The position numbers and the translations under genes are program-made. A stretch of DNA of 64,000 nucleotides, taken from the NCBI GenBank assembly GCA_009835985.1, contig VXWI01000011.1:11483-75482 (forward strand), in the 5' to 3' direction. Origin of the DNA: Acidobacteriota bacterium. Lineage in GTDB: Bacteria > Acidobacteriota > Vicinamibacteria > Marinacidobacterales > Marinacidobacteraceae. The notes beneath the pieces are model-generated. The model did no database searches. It was not told the DNA's origin and worked only from the letters and a program-made list of their open reading frames with translations. Below are positions 44,673 to 54,521 of the stretch, in pieces (position 1 is the stretch's first letter; every line of letters starts with the position of its first letter).

Positions 44673-45463
44673 CCCAGGTGCTTCGTGCTCTTCGCGATGA
44701 GCCGGATCGCGGTCCGGCGGGGCAGGAATCGCCCGACGAGCTGGTGTGCGAACCGGTTGATCCTTCCGGGAACGATGCGCGGGCCCGTACCCAGGGCGGC
44801 GAGGGTCTGCCGAACCGCCTCGTCCGCCGACAGCATGCCCGGGACCTCGCGCCCGAACCGCGCCTGGTAGCCCGGGGTGGGCACCGCGCCCGAGACGCAG
44901 GCGGCAACGTCGATACCGTGCGGGGTCAGCTCGTACCAGAGACCCTCGGCGAAGATCGTGTTGAACGCCTTGCTGGCCGCGTAAACCGCAATGTGGGGCG
45001 AGCCCTGCAGTCCGGACAGCGAGGACATGAGCACCACCGCCCCCCGGCCACGCTTCTTCATGGCCGGCGCCAGCGCCCGCACGAGGCGCAGCGGTCCGCG
45101 CACGTTGACGTCCACCGCCGCCTAGATCGCGTCCTCGTCATGGCCGAGGAACGGGCCCATCGGCACGAACGCCGCGTTGTAGACGAGCACCCCGAGGTCG
45201 AGGCCGCGGGTGGCTTCCTCCAGGCCTCCGGGGAAGCCGGGGTCGGAGAGATCGAGTTCGAGGCAGCGCACCTCGACCCCGTGGTCCGCGGCGAGCCGCC
45301 CCCCGATCTCCTCCAGGATCCGGCCGCGCCGCGCCACCAGAACCACGTTCATGCCCCGCGCGGCGAGCGCCGCCGCGAACGCCTCCCCGAGGCCCTCCGA
45401 GGCGCCCGCCACCACGGCCCACTTCCCGTAGCGGTCCGGGAAGGAGTCCATGGGCGGCCGCAC
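44669..45463 (-). pseudogene. SDR-family oxidoreductase interrupted by a single in-frame TAG (two track ORFs 45122..45463 and 44669..45115 in the same frame)
   Basis: The N-terminal half is WAVVAGASEGLGEAFA...LVYNAAFVP. The frame then continues ...GHDEDAI-TAG-AAVDVNVRGPLRLVRALAPAM...AVYAASKAF. It overlaps the ERG4/ERG24 start (ATGA). Confidence 0.6.
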
Positions 45464-45464
45464 C

Positions 45465-46067
45465 TCAGCGGCTGAGCAGGATTCGCAGTCCCAGCGCGCC
45501 GAGGACGGCCGCCGCGCCGCGGTCGATCCAGGTCTTGGCCCGCAGGTAGCGTCCGGCGACCGCCTCGGTGTTCAGGCAGAAGGCGAGGGCCGTATAGAAC
45601 GAGAGTTCGATCAGGAGGTGGTTCACGGCGATCACCACGCTGTTCACGGCGCCCAGGCCGCCCGGGAAGATCGCGATAAGGACCGCCGCCGCGAAGAGGA
45701 CCGCTTTCGGATTGAAGACGTTGATGAAGAGGCCCTGGCGGAAGGCGCGGTGCGCCGGCTCCGGCAGCGCGCCCGCGGGAGCCGAGGCCCCCCGCCACAT
45801 GCGGTAGGCGACGTAGAGGAGATAGATCGCCCCGGCGACGCGGGCGCCCGTGTACGCCGCGGGGAACACCTCGAAGACCGCCGCGAAACCGACGAGCGCC
45901 ATCAGCGTCCAGGTCGCCGCCATCAGGCCGAGGCCGCAGCCGACGGCGATTCCGGCCCGCCGTCCGCCGCTCAGGTTGGTCTGGACGGCGACCAGGAGCG
46001 CCGGCCCGGGGCTGAACATCGCCACCAGCAGGGTGACGTTGAAGGCGGCGAGCTGCGCCAGCGTCAT
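45465..46067 (-). CDS. LysE/RhtB family amino-acid exporter
   Basis: 200-aa ORF with 6 TM helices and the N-terminal motif LLVAMFSPGPALL. Confidence 0.85.
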   Translation of the reverse strand: MTLAQLAAFNVTLLVAMFSPGPALLVAVQTNLSGGRRAGIAVGCGLGLMAATWTLMALVGFAAVFEVFPAAYTGARVAGAIYLLYVAYRMWRGASAPAGALPEPAHRAFRQGLFINVFNPKAVLFAAAVLIAIFPGGLGAVNSVVIAVNHLLIELSFYTALAFCLNTEAVAGRYLRAKTWIDRGAAAVLGALGLRILLSR

Positions 46068-46124
46068 GGCGTCCTACGGTATCGCGGCGGCTGGGAAACC
46101 GGGACGCGGCGGTAGGCTGCGGGG

Positions 46125-46622
46125 ATGTCGTACGAAGCCCTGATCGCCCTCCTCGACTACCACTACTGGGCCCGGGACCGGTTGCTCGCCACCGTCGCGC
46201 GGATCCCTCCTCTCGACTTCCACCGCGACCTCGGCAACAGCTTCGGGTCCATCCGCGGCACCCTCGTCCACCTCGTCTCGGCCGAGTGGATCTGGTGCTC
46301 GCGCTGGGAGGGGCAGGGGCCGAGCGCGCACCTGGCGCCAGAGGACTTCGGGACCGTCCAGGACATCCGGACCCGCTGGGAGGAAGAAGAAGGGCGGGTG
46401 CGGGACTTCGTCCGCGGGCTCGGCCCGGAGGGAATCGGCCGCGAGATCGAGTATGCGGCCCTCGGCGGCGCCCCGGCGCGCTCGGTGTTCTGGGAGATGC
46501 TGCAACACGTGGTGAACCACGCCAGCTACCACCGGGGGCAGGTGACGACCATGCTCCGCCAGCTCGGCGCGGAACCGCCGCCGAGTCAGGACCTGATCAC
46601 GTTCTACCGGGCGCGGGGCTGA
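46125..46622 (+). CDS. DinB/YfiT-like metal-dependent hydrolase family protein
   Basis: 165-aa ORF with YHYWARDRLL, HLVSAEWIW and HVVNHASYHRGQV. Confidence 0.8.
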   Translation: MSYEALIALLDYHYWARDRLLATVARIPPLDFHRDLGNSFGSIRGTLVHLVSAEWIWCSRWEGQGPSAHLAPEDFGTVQDIRTRWEEEEGRVRDFVRGLGPEGIGREIEYAALGGAPARSVFWEMLQHVVNHASYHRGQVTTMLRQLGAEPPPSQDLITFYRARG

Positions 46623-46652
46623 GTTCGGCCGCTATCGTTTCGCCGCTCCGGG

Positions 46653-47582
46653 ATGACGAACGATTCGAGTGCGGCAGGGATGCGGTGGCGGCATCGGTTC
46701 ACGATCCTGACGGCGCTCTCCACCCTCGTGTTGATGGGCTGGGGCGCCTTCGTGACCAGCATCGAGGCGGGCCTCGCCGTCCCGGACTGGCCCTCGTCCT
46801 ACGACTCCTACGACCCGTTCAATCCCTGGCCCGGGTGGTGGCGGGTCACGCCGCTGCTGGCCGAGCACGGCCACCGCCTGCTCGGGATGCTGGTGGGATT
46901 CCTGACCACCATCCTCGCGGTCTGGACGTGGTTCGCCGAGTCCCGCCGCTGGCTCCGCTGGCTGGCCGTCGGGGCACTGGCCCTTGTGTCGTTCCAGGGT
47001 TTGCTGGGCGGCCTGCGGGTGGTGTGGCTGTCGCTCGACCTGGCCGTGGTCCACGCCGCGACGGCGCAGCTCTTCCTCGGGCTGGTCGTGGCGCTGGCGG
47101 TCTTTACCTCGAAGTCGTGGCTGGCCCTCGACGCCGCGAGGGACGGTCCCCGCGACAACCGCCTCTGGCGGCTCTCGCTCACCGTCCCCACCGCCGTCTG
47201 GCTCCAGATCATCCTCGGCGCCCTGCTCCGCCACCCCGGGACCGGCATCCATCCGTGGCTCGTCGGATTCCATGTGGGCGGCGCCGTCCTGGTGGCCGCC
47301 GCGGTGGCCGCCTTTCTGCTCCGCGTCTGGAAGGGGTTTCGGCAGTCGCGGGTGTTGTACCGGGGGTCGTGGGTCCTCGCCGGCATCGTGGACCTGCAAC
47401 TGATCCTGGGCCTGACCGCGTACCTCGTCACCCTCGATGACGCCGGGATGCTGCAGCCGAGCAACCTGCAGGTGGTGGTGAACACCTCGCACGCGGTGAT
47501 CGGGGCGCTGCTGATGGCGGGCGCCGTGCTGGCCGTACTCGGCACCCACCGCTGGGGCCGGAACCCGGCCACCTCGGGCTGA
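46653..47582 (+). CDS. ctaA: Heme A synthase (CtaA/COX15 family)
   Basis: 309-aa polytopic ORF with WGAFVTSIEAGLAVPDWP and conserved His residues in the helices. It is adjacent to ctaB. Confidence 0.7.
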   Translation: MTNDSSAAGMRWRHRFTILTALSTLVLMGWGAFVTSIEAGLAVPDWPSSYDSYDPFNPWPGWWRVTPLLAEHGHRLLGMLVGFLTTILAVWTWFAESRRWLRWLAVGALALVSFQGLLGGLRVVWLSLDLAVVHAATAQLFLGLVVALAVFTSKSWLALDAARDGPRDNRLWRLSLTVPTAVWLQIILGALLRHPGTGIHPWLVGFHVGGAVLVAAAVAAFLLRVWKGFRQSRVLYRGSWVLAGIVDLQLILGLTAYLVTLDDAGMLQPSNLQVVVNTSHAVIGALLMAGAVLAVLGTHRWGRNPATSG

Positions 47583-47585
47583 CTT

Positions 47586-48452
47586 GTGCGACCGAATCTC
47601 ACTCCCTACCTCGAACTCACGAAGCCCGAGATCGCGCTGGTCGTGGCCCTCTCGTCGGGGGGAGGGTTCGTGCTGGCGCCCGCGGAGTTCTTCGGCTGGA
47701 GCCGGCTCGTCCTGCTGCTCCTCGGCGTCACGCTCGCCAGCGGGGGCGCCGGCGCCCTGAACCACTGGGTCGAACGCGAGGAGGACGCCGGCATGCGCCG
47801 GACGCGGGGGCGCCCGCTGCCGTCGGGCCGCCTGGCGCCGGGAGCGGCGCTCGGTAGCGGGATCGGGCTCGCGGCGGCGGGGACCGGGGTGCTCGGAGTG
47901 GCCGTCAACCCGTTGACCGCAAGCCTCACGCTCCTGACCGTCCTCCTCTACGTCTTCGTTTACACGCCCCTGAAGCGCCGGACCCACTGGAACACCCTCG
48001 TCGGCACGGTCCCCGGTGCCCTGCCGGCGCTCTGCGGCTGGACCGCGGCCACCGGGTCCGTCGGCTGGGGCGGCGTCGCGATGTTCTCGATCCTCGTCAC
48101 CTGGCAGATGGCCCACTTCTTGCCGCTCGCCTGGATGTACCGCGAGGACTACGTGCAGGGAGGCTTCGTGATGCTCCCGGCGGTGGATCCCGCGGGACGC
48201 TCGACGGTGCGCCAGACCCTGTTGTTCACCGTCCTGCTCGCCGCGCTGAGCCTTTGGCCCGTCGCGCTGTCGCTGGCGGGATGGATCTACTTCGTCGGCG
48301 CCGCCGCGCTGGCGATCTGGTTCATGACCGCCGCCGCCGAGTTCCGGTGGAGCCGGGGGAAGCCCGACGCGCGGCGGGTGCTGAAGGCGTCCATCGCCTA
48401 CGTGCCCGCCCTGATCGCGGTCCTGGTGCTGGACCGGGCGGTCCTGGGCTGA
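47586..48452 (+). CDS. ctaB: Protoheme IX farnesyltransferase (heme O synthase, CtaB/CyoE/COX10)
   Basis: 288-aa UbiA-fold ORF with LNHWVEREEDAGMRRTRGRPLPSG and YTPLKRRT. Confidence 0.85.
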   Translation: MRPNLTPYLELTKPEIALVVALSSGGGFVLAPAEFFGWSRLVLLLLGVTLASGGAGALNHWVEREEDAGMRRTRGRPLPSGRLAPGAALGSGIGLAAAGTGVLGVAVNPLTASLTLLTVLLYVFVYTPLKRRTHWNTLVGTVPGALPALCGWTAATGSVGWGGVAMFSILVTWQMAHFLPLAWMYREDYVQGGFVMLPAVDPAGRSTVRQTLLFTVLLAALSLWPVALSLAGWIYFVGAAALAIWFMTAAAEFRWSRGKPDARRVLKASIAYVPALIAVLVLDRAVLG

Positions 48453-48458
48453 TCGGAG

Positions 48459-49193
48459 CTAGCTCGCTTCCGCCGTCACCGCGTCCGCCATCTCACCCAG
48501 CGTAAAGAAGACGAAGTCGAGCCGCGGCATGGCGGCGACCTTGGCGGTCGCGCCCCAGCCTCCGCCCTCCGAGAGCCGCTGCCGGTCGATCCAGGCGCTT
48601 GCGAGGCCGAACCGGTTCGCGGGGACGTGGTCGTGGTGGAGGCTCTGCGCGGTGTGGAGGACATCCCCCCGCTCCAGCCCGAAGTCGGACTTGAGGTGGT
48701 CGATCAGGTACTCGAAGTTCGCGTCCGACGGCTTGTAGGAGCCGATGTCCTCGGCGGTGTAGAACGCGTCGAACTCGACGCCGAGCTTGCGGGCGGAGGC
48801 GGCGATGCCGTCCCGGTGGACGTTCGAGAGGATCACGAGACGGAAATGGCGTTTCAGGACCTTGAGGGCGGCCGCGCTGTCGGGGAACGCCGGCCAGCGG
48901 GGCACGGAGCTCCCGAAACCGGCGTCGAGTTCCCGGTCCGTCCGCAGTCCGAAGCTCCCCGCCAGGTCCCGATGCACGCGGGCGAGGAGATCCGGGTAGG
49001 CAAGGTCCGGAGTGGCGTGCTCGTGCTGCCCCTCGAAGCGCGCGAAGGCGCGGAGGGCCTCGCCGCGCGTGAGTCCCGCGGCGCCGTTCGACCGGATGAC
49101 CGGCTGCAGCGCCTCCCAGATCCCCGCCTCCCAGTCGATCAGGGTCCCGTAGCAGTCGAAGGTGAGGACCCGGTAGTCGGTCAGGCGCGCCAT
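48459..49193 (-). CDS. HAD-superfamily hydrolase, haloacid dehalogenase type II-like
   Basis: An internal ATG gives MARLTDYRVLTFDCYGTLIDWE (DxYGT motif). Further motifs are ILSNVH and SYKPSDANF. Confidence 0.8.
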   Translation of the reverse strand: MARLTDYRVLTFDCYGTLIDWEAGIWEALQPVIRSNGAAGLTRGEALRAFARFEGQHEHATPDLAYPDLLARVHRDLAGSFGLRTDRELDAGFGSSVPRWPAFPDSAAALKVLKRHFRLVILSNVHRDGIAASARKLGVEFDAFYTAEDIGSYKPSDANFEYLIDHLKSDFGLERGDVLHTAQSLHHDHVPANRFGLASAWIDRQRLSEGGGWGATAKVAAMPRLDFVFFTLGEMADAVTAEAS

Positions 49194-49269
49194 TTCGTCG
49201 TCCCCGATGGTCCCGAACGTCGCCGTGGCGGGGATTGTTCCGTTCGAGGGGCTGGGCCGGAAGACTCGT

Positions 49270-50472
49270 TCAGGAGACGAGTCGCCGCGGCAGCGTGGGG
49301 TTGAGGTGCATGACGAGGTCGTAGACCGAAGCGCCGGAAGCCGCGCTCGCGTCCTCGGGCCGCGAACCGTCCCGCCAGTCGAAATAGGTGGCGACGTCAC
49401 CCGCCTCCACGGTCTTTTCCGGGCCGATCTCGACGATCGTGTGGCTTGCGGACACGCTGGCGATGATGGGGTACCGGGTTCCTCCGATGCGTACCCAGCC
49501 CCCCTGCGCCGCTACCCGCGGCACCCCGTCGACGTGACCCGCCGGGATGGTGGCGATCCAGACGTTCCGCTCTGCCCGGTAAGCCGCCTCGTACCCGGCG
49601 GTGTCGCCTTCTCGCAGGTGTTTCACGAGCGCCACCCGCGCCTTCAGGCTCATGGACGGCCGCAGGTCGAGCAGACCCAGCTCGCGGAACCTTTGGGTCG
49701 AGTACTGACCGAAGAGCGCCATGCCGGGCCGGACCGCATCGAGGTATGCCGGTGGATTGTCGAACAGGCCGTAGCTCGAAGCCGCGTGCCGCTGGCCGAT
49801 GGCAACACCGCCCGCGGCGAGCGTGTCCTCGACCTGCCGGAATCGCCGCAGTTGGAGCTTTTCGAACTCGGGATCCTCGTTCAGCGTAGTCATCGTGCCG
49901 GCGAGGTTCACTCCGTCGCGTCCGGCGAGGTCGGCGATCAGTCCGGGTGCATGCCGGTAAGGGATGCCGACCCGGCCCATCCCGGTGTCCACGCACACCT
50001 GCACCGGGACCGCTGCCTGCCGCCGGGCCGCCAGCCGGTCCAGCGCGTCGCCCACCTCCGTATAGACCATTGGCGTGACGTCACGCATCACGGCCTCTTC
50101 CAGGTCTCGCTCATCGAAGGGACCCATCAGCAGGACCGGTTTGACGATTCCGGCCTCGCGGAGCTCGAGGGCCTCGCTCAGCTTTACCACCGCCATGCCG
50201 ATCACGCCGGCCTCGGATTCGAGGATCCGGGCCATGTGGAGCAGGCCCATGCCGTAGGCGTTGTTCTTGATGACGGCCAGGATGGGACGGCCCTCGACGA
50301 GGCGGCTCACTTCCCGGACGTTGTGCCGCACGTGGTCCGGCCGGATCTCGATCCAGGGGTCGAAACTGGAATGCCGCACGGAGGTCTGAGCCGCGGCGCG
50401 GGCGTTTGCGGCCCATCCCAGCGCCGCGGGCGCCAGCGCTGACCGCAACACGGTGCGTCGGGAGAACTTCAT
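49270..50472 (-). CDS. Alanine racemase-family PLP enzyme with twin-arginine signal (periplasmic, broad-spectrum-racemase-like)
   Basis: An internal ATG gives MKFSRRTVLRSALAPAALGWAANARAAAQ. The PLP-Lys block is AVIKNNAYGMG. The C-terminal Alr domain is conserved. Confidence 0.8.
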   Translation of the reverse strand: MKFSRRTVLRSALAPAALGWAANARAAAQTSVRHSSFDPWIEIRPDHVRHNVREVSRLVEGRPILAVIKNNAYGMGLLHMARILESEAGVIGMAVVKLSEALELREAGIVKPVLLMGPFDERDLEEAVMRDVTPMVYTEVGDALDRLAARRQAAVPVQVCVDTGMGRVGIPYRHAPGLIADLAGRDGVNLAGTMTTLNEDPEFEKLQLRRFRQVEDTLAAGGVAIGQRHAASSYGLFDNPPAYLDAVRPGMALFGQYSTQRFRELGLLDLRPSMSLKARVALVKHLREGDTAGYEAAYRAERNVWIATIPAGHVDGVPRVAAQGGWVRIGGTRYPIIASVSASHTIVEIGPEKTVEAGDVATYFDWRDGSRPEDASAASGASVYDLVMHLNPTLPRRLVS

Positions 50473-50564
50473 GGCGGCAACTCTATGGACTCGCGGACGG
50501 ACCGACCAACGCCTTGCACCGGGATAATCCGCGCCACCGGGGCGAACCCCCGTGGACGTGACCC

Positions 50565-51986
50565 TTGCCTGACCGAACCCTGAGCGGCCGCCCACGGCTC
50601 AGGCCGGTCCTCGCGCCGCTGCAGGTCGGCTCGCTGGCGCTCGGCTGCGTCATCGGCTTCGGCTGTTTCATCCTCGCCGGCGACTTCCTCGAGACCGCCG
50701 GACCGCTCGGCGCGGCGCTGGGTATTGCGCTCGGCGGGCTGGCGATGGTCGTGATCGCGCGGAGTTACGGCCTCATGGTCCGCACCTTTCCGGTGGCGGG
50801 GGCCGAGTTCGCCTACGCCTACCGGGCCGCCGGCCGGCATCACGCGGTGATCTGCGGCTGGTTCCTTGCCCTCGGCTATCTGAGCATCGTGCCGCTCAAC
50901 GCGACCGCGCTCACCGTCCTCGGCAGGTTCCTCGCACCGGAGGTGTTCGCCCGCGGACGCCTCTACACGGTCGCCGGCTTCGAGGTGTTCGCGGGGGAGG
51001 TCGCCCTCGCGGCGTTCGCGGTGATCCTGGTCGCGTTTCTTCACTCCAGGGGCGTCGAAGGGGTCGGGAGGGCGCAGGCGGTCCTGACCGGCGTCATGGT
51101 GACGGCGGTGGCGCTGGTGGGCATCGGCGCGTTCACCGGTCCTGGCGCCAGCGTGGCCAACTGGGAGCCCTGGTTCGCACCCGGCCGGTCCGCCTGGACC
51201 GGCATCCTGGCGATGCTCGCGATCTCGCCCTGGCTCTACGTCGGCTTCGACACCCTGCCGCAGGCCGCCGAGGAGTTCGCGTTCCCGGCCGGCAAGGCGT
51301 TTCGGCTGATGGCGGTGGCGATTCTGGCCGGCGCCGGGATGTACGTGATCGTGCTGCTGGCCACCGGGGTGGTCCTGCCGTGGCGCGAGCTGGTGGCCGG
51401 CGAGTCCGTCTGGGCGACCGGCGCCACGGTGCGGGCGAGCCTGGGGACGGCGGGAGTGGCCATCCTGAGCGTCGCCGTCGTCACGGCGATCTTCACCGGC
51501 ATCAACGGCTTCTTCATGGCGAGCAGCCGCCTCCTGTTCAGCATGGGGCGGGCGCGGTTGCTGCCGGCGTGGTTCGGGAGCATCGACCCGGCCCGCGGCA
51601 CGCCGCGCAACGCACTGGCGTTCACCGGGGCGGTTTCGCTGCTCGCCCCCTGGTTCGGCCGCGAGGTCATCGTCTGGGTGGTGGACATGGCGGCGGTCGG
51701 CACCGCCTGCGGCTACCTGTACACCTGCCTGGCGGCGTTCTCGGTGACGCGCCGCCCGCGGGCGCGGGTGGAAGCGGTGCTCGGCGCGCTCCTGTCGGCC
51801 GGGTTCCTGATCCTCCTGTGCGTCCCCGGGATGCCCGGCTTCATGGCGCCGCCCTCCTGGATCGCCCTGGGCGGCTGGATCGCGCTCGGCGCGCTGTTCT
51901 ACTTCCGGCGCGCCCGGGAGTTCGCGGCGATCCCCGATTCCGAGCTGGACGGACTGATCCTCGGGGCTTCGCGGGCCCGCCCGTAG
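50565..51986 (+). CDS. APC-family amino-acid permease
   Basis: 473-aa ORF with 12 TM helices. It is divergent from the racemase gene. The start may lie downstream of the annotated Met. Confidence 0.75.
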   Translation: MPDRTLSGRPRLRPVLAPLQVGSLALGCVIGFGCFILAGDFLETAGPLGAALGIALGGLAMVVIARSYGLMVRTFPVAGAEFAYAYRAAGRHHAVICGWFLALGYLSIVPLNATALTVLGRFLAPEVFARGRLYTVAGFEVFAGEVALAAFAVILVAFLHSRGVEGVGRAQAVLTGVMVTAVALVGIGAFTGPGASVANWEPWFAPGRSAWTGILAMLAISPWLYVGFDTLPQAAEEFAFPAGKAFRLMAVAILAGAGMYVIVLLATGVVLPWRELVAGESVWATGATVRASLGTAGVAILSVAVVTAIFTGINGFFMASSRLLFSMGRARLLPAWFGSIDPARGTPRNALAFTGAVSLLAPWFGREVIVWVVDMAAVGTACGYLYTCLAAFSVTRRPRARVEAVLGALLSAGFLILLCVPGMPGFMAPPSWIALGGWIALGALFYFRRAREFAAIPDSELDGLILGASRARP

Positions 51987-51999
51987 CGGGCTTCGCGGG

Positions 52000-53325
52000 T
52001 CAGTTGGCCGCGTCGATCGCCTGATAGACCAGCGCGCGGAACTTCGCGTGGTCGTCCAGGCCTCCAGAGGGGATCAACTGCGCCAGGTAGACGACGACCA
52101 GTTCTTCCTGCGGGTCCACCCAGTAGCTCGAGTGGTAGGCCCCGCCCCACCCGTAGAGGCCCTCCGAGCCGGGCACGCCGTGCGCGCCCATGTCCTCCAC
52201 CACCCGGAAGCCGAGCCCGAATCCGACGCCCCGTTCCGCGCCGAACACCGCGCTGGCGTCGTTCAGGTCCCGGACCAGCAGCCCGCCGAGGTGGTCCACC
52301 GTCATGAGCTCGACGCTCTTCGGCGAGAGGATGCGGGCGTCGCCGAGCGTGCCGCCGTTCAGCAGCATCTGGAGGAACCGCCCGTAGTCCGAGGCTGTCG
52401 AGAGGAGGCCGGCGCCCCCCGAGAAGCTCGTCCGCGGCCCGTCCACGTACGCCCCCTGTCCCACCATGCCGCCGGGGTCGGGAGCGCGCGTGAAGCCGCC
52501 CTCGCCGGCTGAATACACGACGGTCAGGCGGTCGCGCTTGTCGGGCGGGAGGTAGAAGTGGGTGTCCGCCATCCCGAGCGGCTCGAAGATGCGGGTCCGG
52601 AGGAACTCGTCGAGTGCCGTCCCCGAGGCGACCTCGACGACCGCCCCCAGGATGTCGGTCGCGTAGCCGTAGACCCAGTAGTCGCCGGGGTGGGCTTCGA
52701 AGGGCAGGGACGCCATGCGGCGCACCGTTTCGCGGATCGGTTCCTCCCGGTGCGCGAAGTACCAGCCGGTGATGTCCGCTTCCACCCATTCGGCGGCCGC
52801 GGTCCCGCCCCCGTAGGTGATCCCCGCGGTGTGGGTGAGCAGGTGGCGGATGGTGACCGGCTGCCGCGCGGGCACCACGTCGTAGGTTCCGTCGGGGTTG
52901 GTGCGGGCGACCGTGGTCTCGAGGTATTCGGGGAGGTGGCGGCCGACGGGGTCCGAGATGAGGAGCCGGCCCTCCTCCTGCAGCATCATGATGGCCACGC
53001 TCACGACCGCCTTGGTCTGGGAAGCGATCCGGAAGATGTCGTCGGTCTCGAGCGGGTCATCGGCCTCCCGGTCCCGGTAGCCGAACGCCTTGAGGTACAG
53101 GATCTCCTCGCGGCCGGCGACGAGCGCCACCGCGCCGGGCAGAGCGCCGGACTCGACGTAGTCCTCGAGGGCGGCGTCGAGCCGGGCCAGCCGGTCGCGG
53201 TTCAGGCCCGAGGAGGTGTCCGGGGGCGGCGCGCCGCCGCACGCGCCGGCGAGGATCGCGGCAAGCAGGGGAGCGCCGAGCGGGCTGCCGTGCCGGATCG
53301 CGGGGTTGTCGTTGATGGTTCGCAT
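52000..53325 (-). CDS. Beta-lactamase-family serine hydrolase, lipoprotein
   Basis: 441-aa ORF with a lipobox (LAGAC). The SxxK motif is IASQTKAV and the YxN-like motif is YGYATDILG. Confidence 0.85.
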   Translation of the reverse strand: MRTINDNPAIRHGSPLGAPLLAAILAGACGGAPPPDTSSGLNRDRLARLDAALEDYVESGALPGAVALVAGREEILYLKAFGYRDREADDPLETDDIFRIASQTKAVVSVAIMMLQEEGRLLISDPVGRHLPEYLETTVARTNPDGTYDVVPARQPVTIRHLLTHTAGITYGGGTAAAEWVEADITGWYFAHREEPIRETVRRMASLPFEAHPGDYWVYGYATDILGAVVEVASGTALDEFLRTRIFEPLGMADTHFYLPPDKRDRLTVVYSAGEGGFTRAPDPGGMVGQGAYVDGPRTSFSGGAGLLSTASDYGRFLQMLLNGGTLGDARILSPKSVELMTVDHLGGLLVRDLNDASAVFGAERGVGFGLGFRVVEDMGAHGVPGSEGLYGWGGAYHSSYWVDPQEELVVVYLAQLIPSGGLDDHAKFRALVYQAIDAAN

Positions 53326-53402
53326 GACCTTCTCCCGAGGGCACGGATCATGGCACCGCCGGCGGGCGCCTCGGAAGGCCTGCGGTATCGTCCGACGCCG
53401 TC

Positions 53403-54140
53403 ATGTCCGGCTGGTCGCGGAGGCGGTTCCTGGAGCGCGGATCGGCCGCGGCTGCGATCGCCGCCGTCTGGGGATGCGCGCCGGAAGAGCGGACGGACGC
53501 GGAGACCTCGCCGCCCGTGCCGGAGCCCTCGGCCAGCCCGGCGCCGCTCACCGGCCCCCGCCGCCGCCTCGCGGAGCCCGGCCCGATGATCCCGCCCTGT
53601 CCGGCGATCCTGCTCACCGTGAATGGCCGGCCCGGCGACCCGGACGAGATCTCGGTGCTCTGGACGTTCGTCGTGAACGGAAACCCGCCCCAGATCGGGG
53701 TGAGCGCGGGGTTCGAGCACCAGGCGCGGGAACTCCTCGAACTCCACGACGAGTTCGTTCTGAACGTCCCGGTGGCCTCCATGATCGAGGCGTTCGACAC
53801 GGTGGACATGAACTCCAGCCGGGTCGCCGACAAGTTCGAACTCTCGGGCCTGACGCGGGGTGCGGCGTCCGTAGTCGCCGCCCCCACCGTGGAGGAATCC
53901 CCCATCCATTGCGAGTGCCGCACGATCGCTTCGCTCGAAGTGCCCCCCGTCCGGAAGCTCTTCATCGCGGAAGTGGTGGCGACGACCGCTGTCGAGGGAG
54001 CGGTTGACGACGGCGGCCGCCTGATCGTGCCCGACGTGGACTTCTTCGGGATGACCGCCGGGAGCGGCGAGCACTACACGGTGGGCCGCCGGGTGGGCAA
54101 CATCGGGATGACGGTCGGCCGGAGCGACATCAAGTACTGA
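53403..54140 (+). CDS. Flavin-reductase-like FMN-binding domain protein with Tat signal and lipobox
   Basis: 245-aa ORF starting MSGWSRRRFLERGSAAAAIAAVWGCA. The split-barrel flavin reductase-like core is ILLTVNGRPGDPDEISVLWTFVVNGNPPQIGVSAG. Confidence 0.55.
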   Translation: MSGWSRRRFLERGSAAAAIAAVWGCAPEERTDAETSPPVPEPSASPAPLTGPRRRLAEPGPMIPPCPAILLTVNGRPGDPDEISVLWTFVVNGNPPQIGVSAGFEHQARELLELHDEFVLNVPVASMIEAFDTVDMNSSRVADKFELSGLTRGAASVVAAPTVEESPIHCECRTIASLEVPPVRKLFIAEVVATTAVEGAVDDGGRLIVPDVDFFGMTAGSGEHYTVGRRVGNIGMTVGRSDIKY

Positions 54141-54147
54141 CCGCGTG

Positions 54148-54170
54148 GCGCGGATCAGTCGCGCCAGGGA
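54148..54170 (+). terminator. Candidate stem-loop terminator after the flavin-reductase-like gene
   Basis: GTGGCGCG-GATCAGT-CGCGCCAG is an imperfect inverted repeat 8 nt after the stop. Confidence 0.25.
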
Positions 54171-54206
54171 TTCACCAACAGGAAATCCATATCTTGGAAG
54201 TCCCCT

Positions 54207-54521
54207 TCACCTGAGGTCGATCGGCCGTGCGAGGGATCGGTCGCGCCCAATCTCAAGCTCCGTCTCGCGCAATGGTGAAGCGCGAAGGAAGTCGACGAGT
54301 TCGGTTCCGGTCCTCGCCGCCGCGCGCCCGACCTCGGATTCCAGCAATTCCCGCAGACGGGATGCGCCACGTTCATCCTCACGGAGCGTCCTGGCCACGG
54401 ATCGCAGCAGGGAGGCATCCTCGAGGGGAACCGAAACCTCGACGCGAGTGATCCCGCGCGCCGAGGCACGGAGGCGGCGGACGCGTGGGATTGGGGCGTG
54501 GTCCTGACGGGTGTCGGCCAT
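54207..54521 (-). CDS. Hypothetical small protein; N-terminal region resembles DUF3018/MazE-like antitoxins
   Basis: An internal ATG in ORF 54207..54677 gives MADTRQDHAPIPRVRRLRASARGITRVEVSVPLEDASLL. This fits an R-x-R-x-R...G-x-x-V-x-V-P-x-D pattern. Confidence 0.25.
   Translation of the reverse strand: MADTRQDHAPIPRVRRLRASARGITRVEVSVPLEDASLLRSVARTLREDERGASRLRELLESEVGRAAARTGTELVDFLRASPLRETELEIGRDRSLARPIDLR

Noticed and set aside
45115-45122. Interpreting the in-frame TAG as programmed recoding (for example pyrrolysine).
   Set aside because: No pyl genes or PYLIS-like context are evident, and the organism type makes this implausible. A nonsense mutation or base-call error is far more likely.
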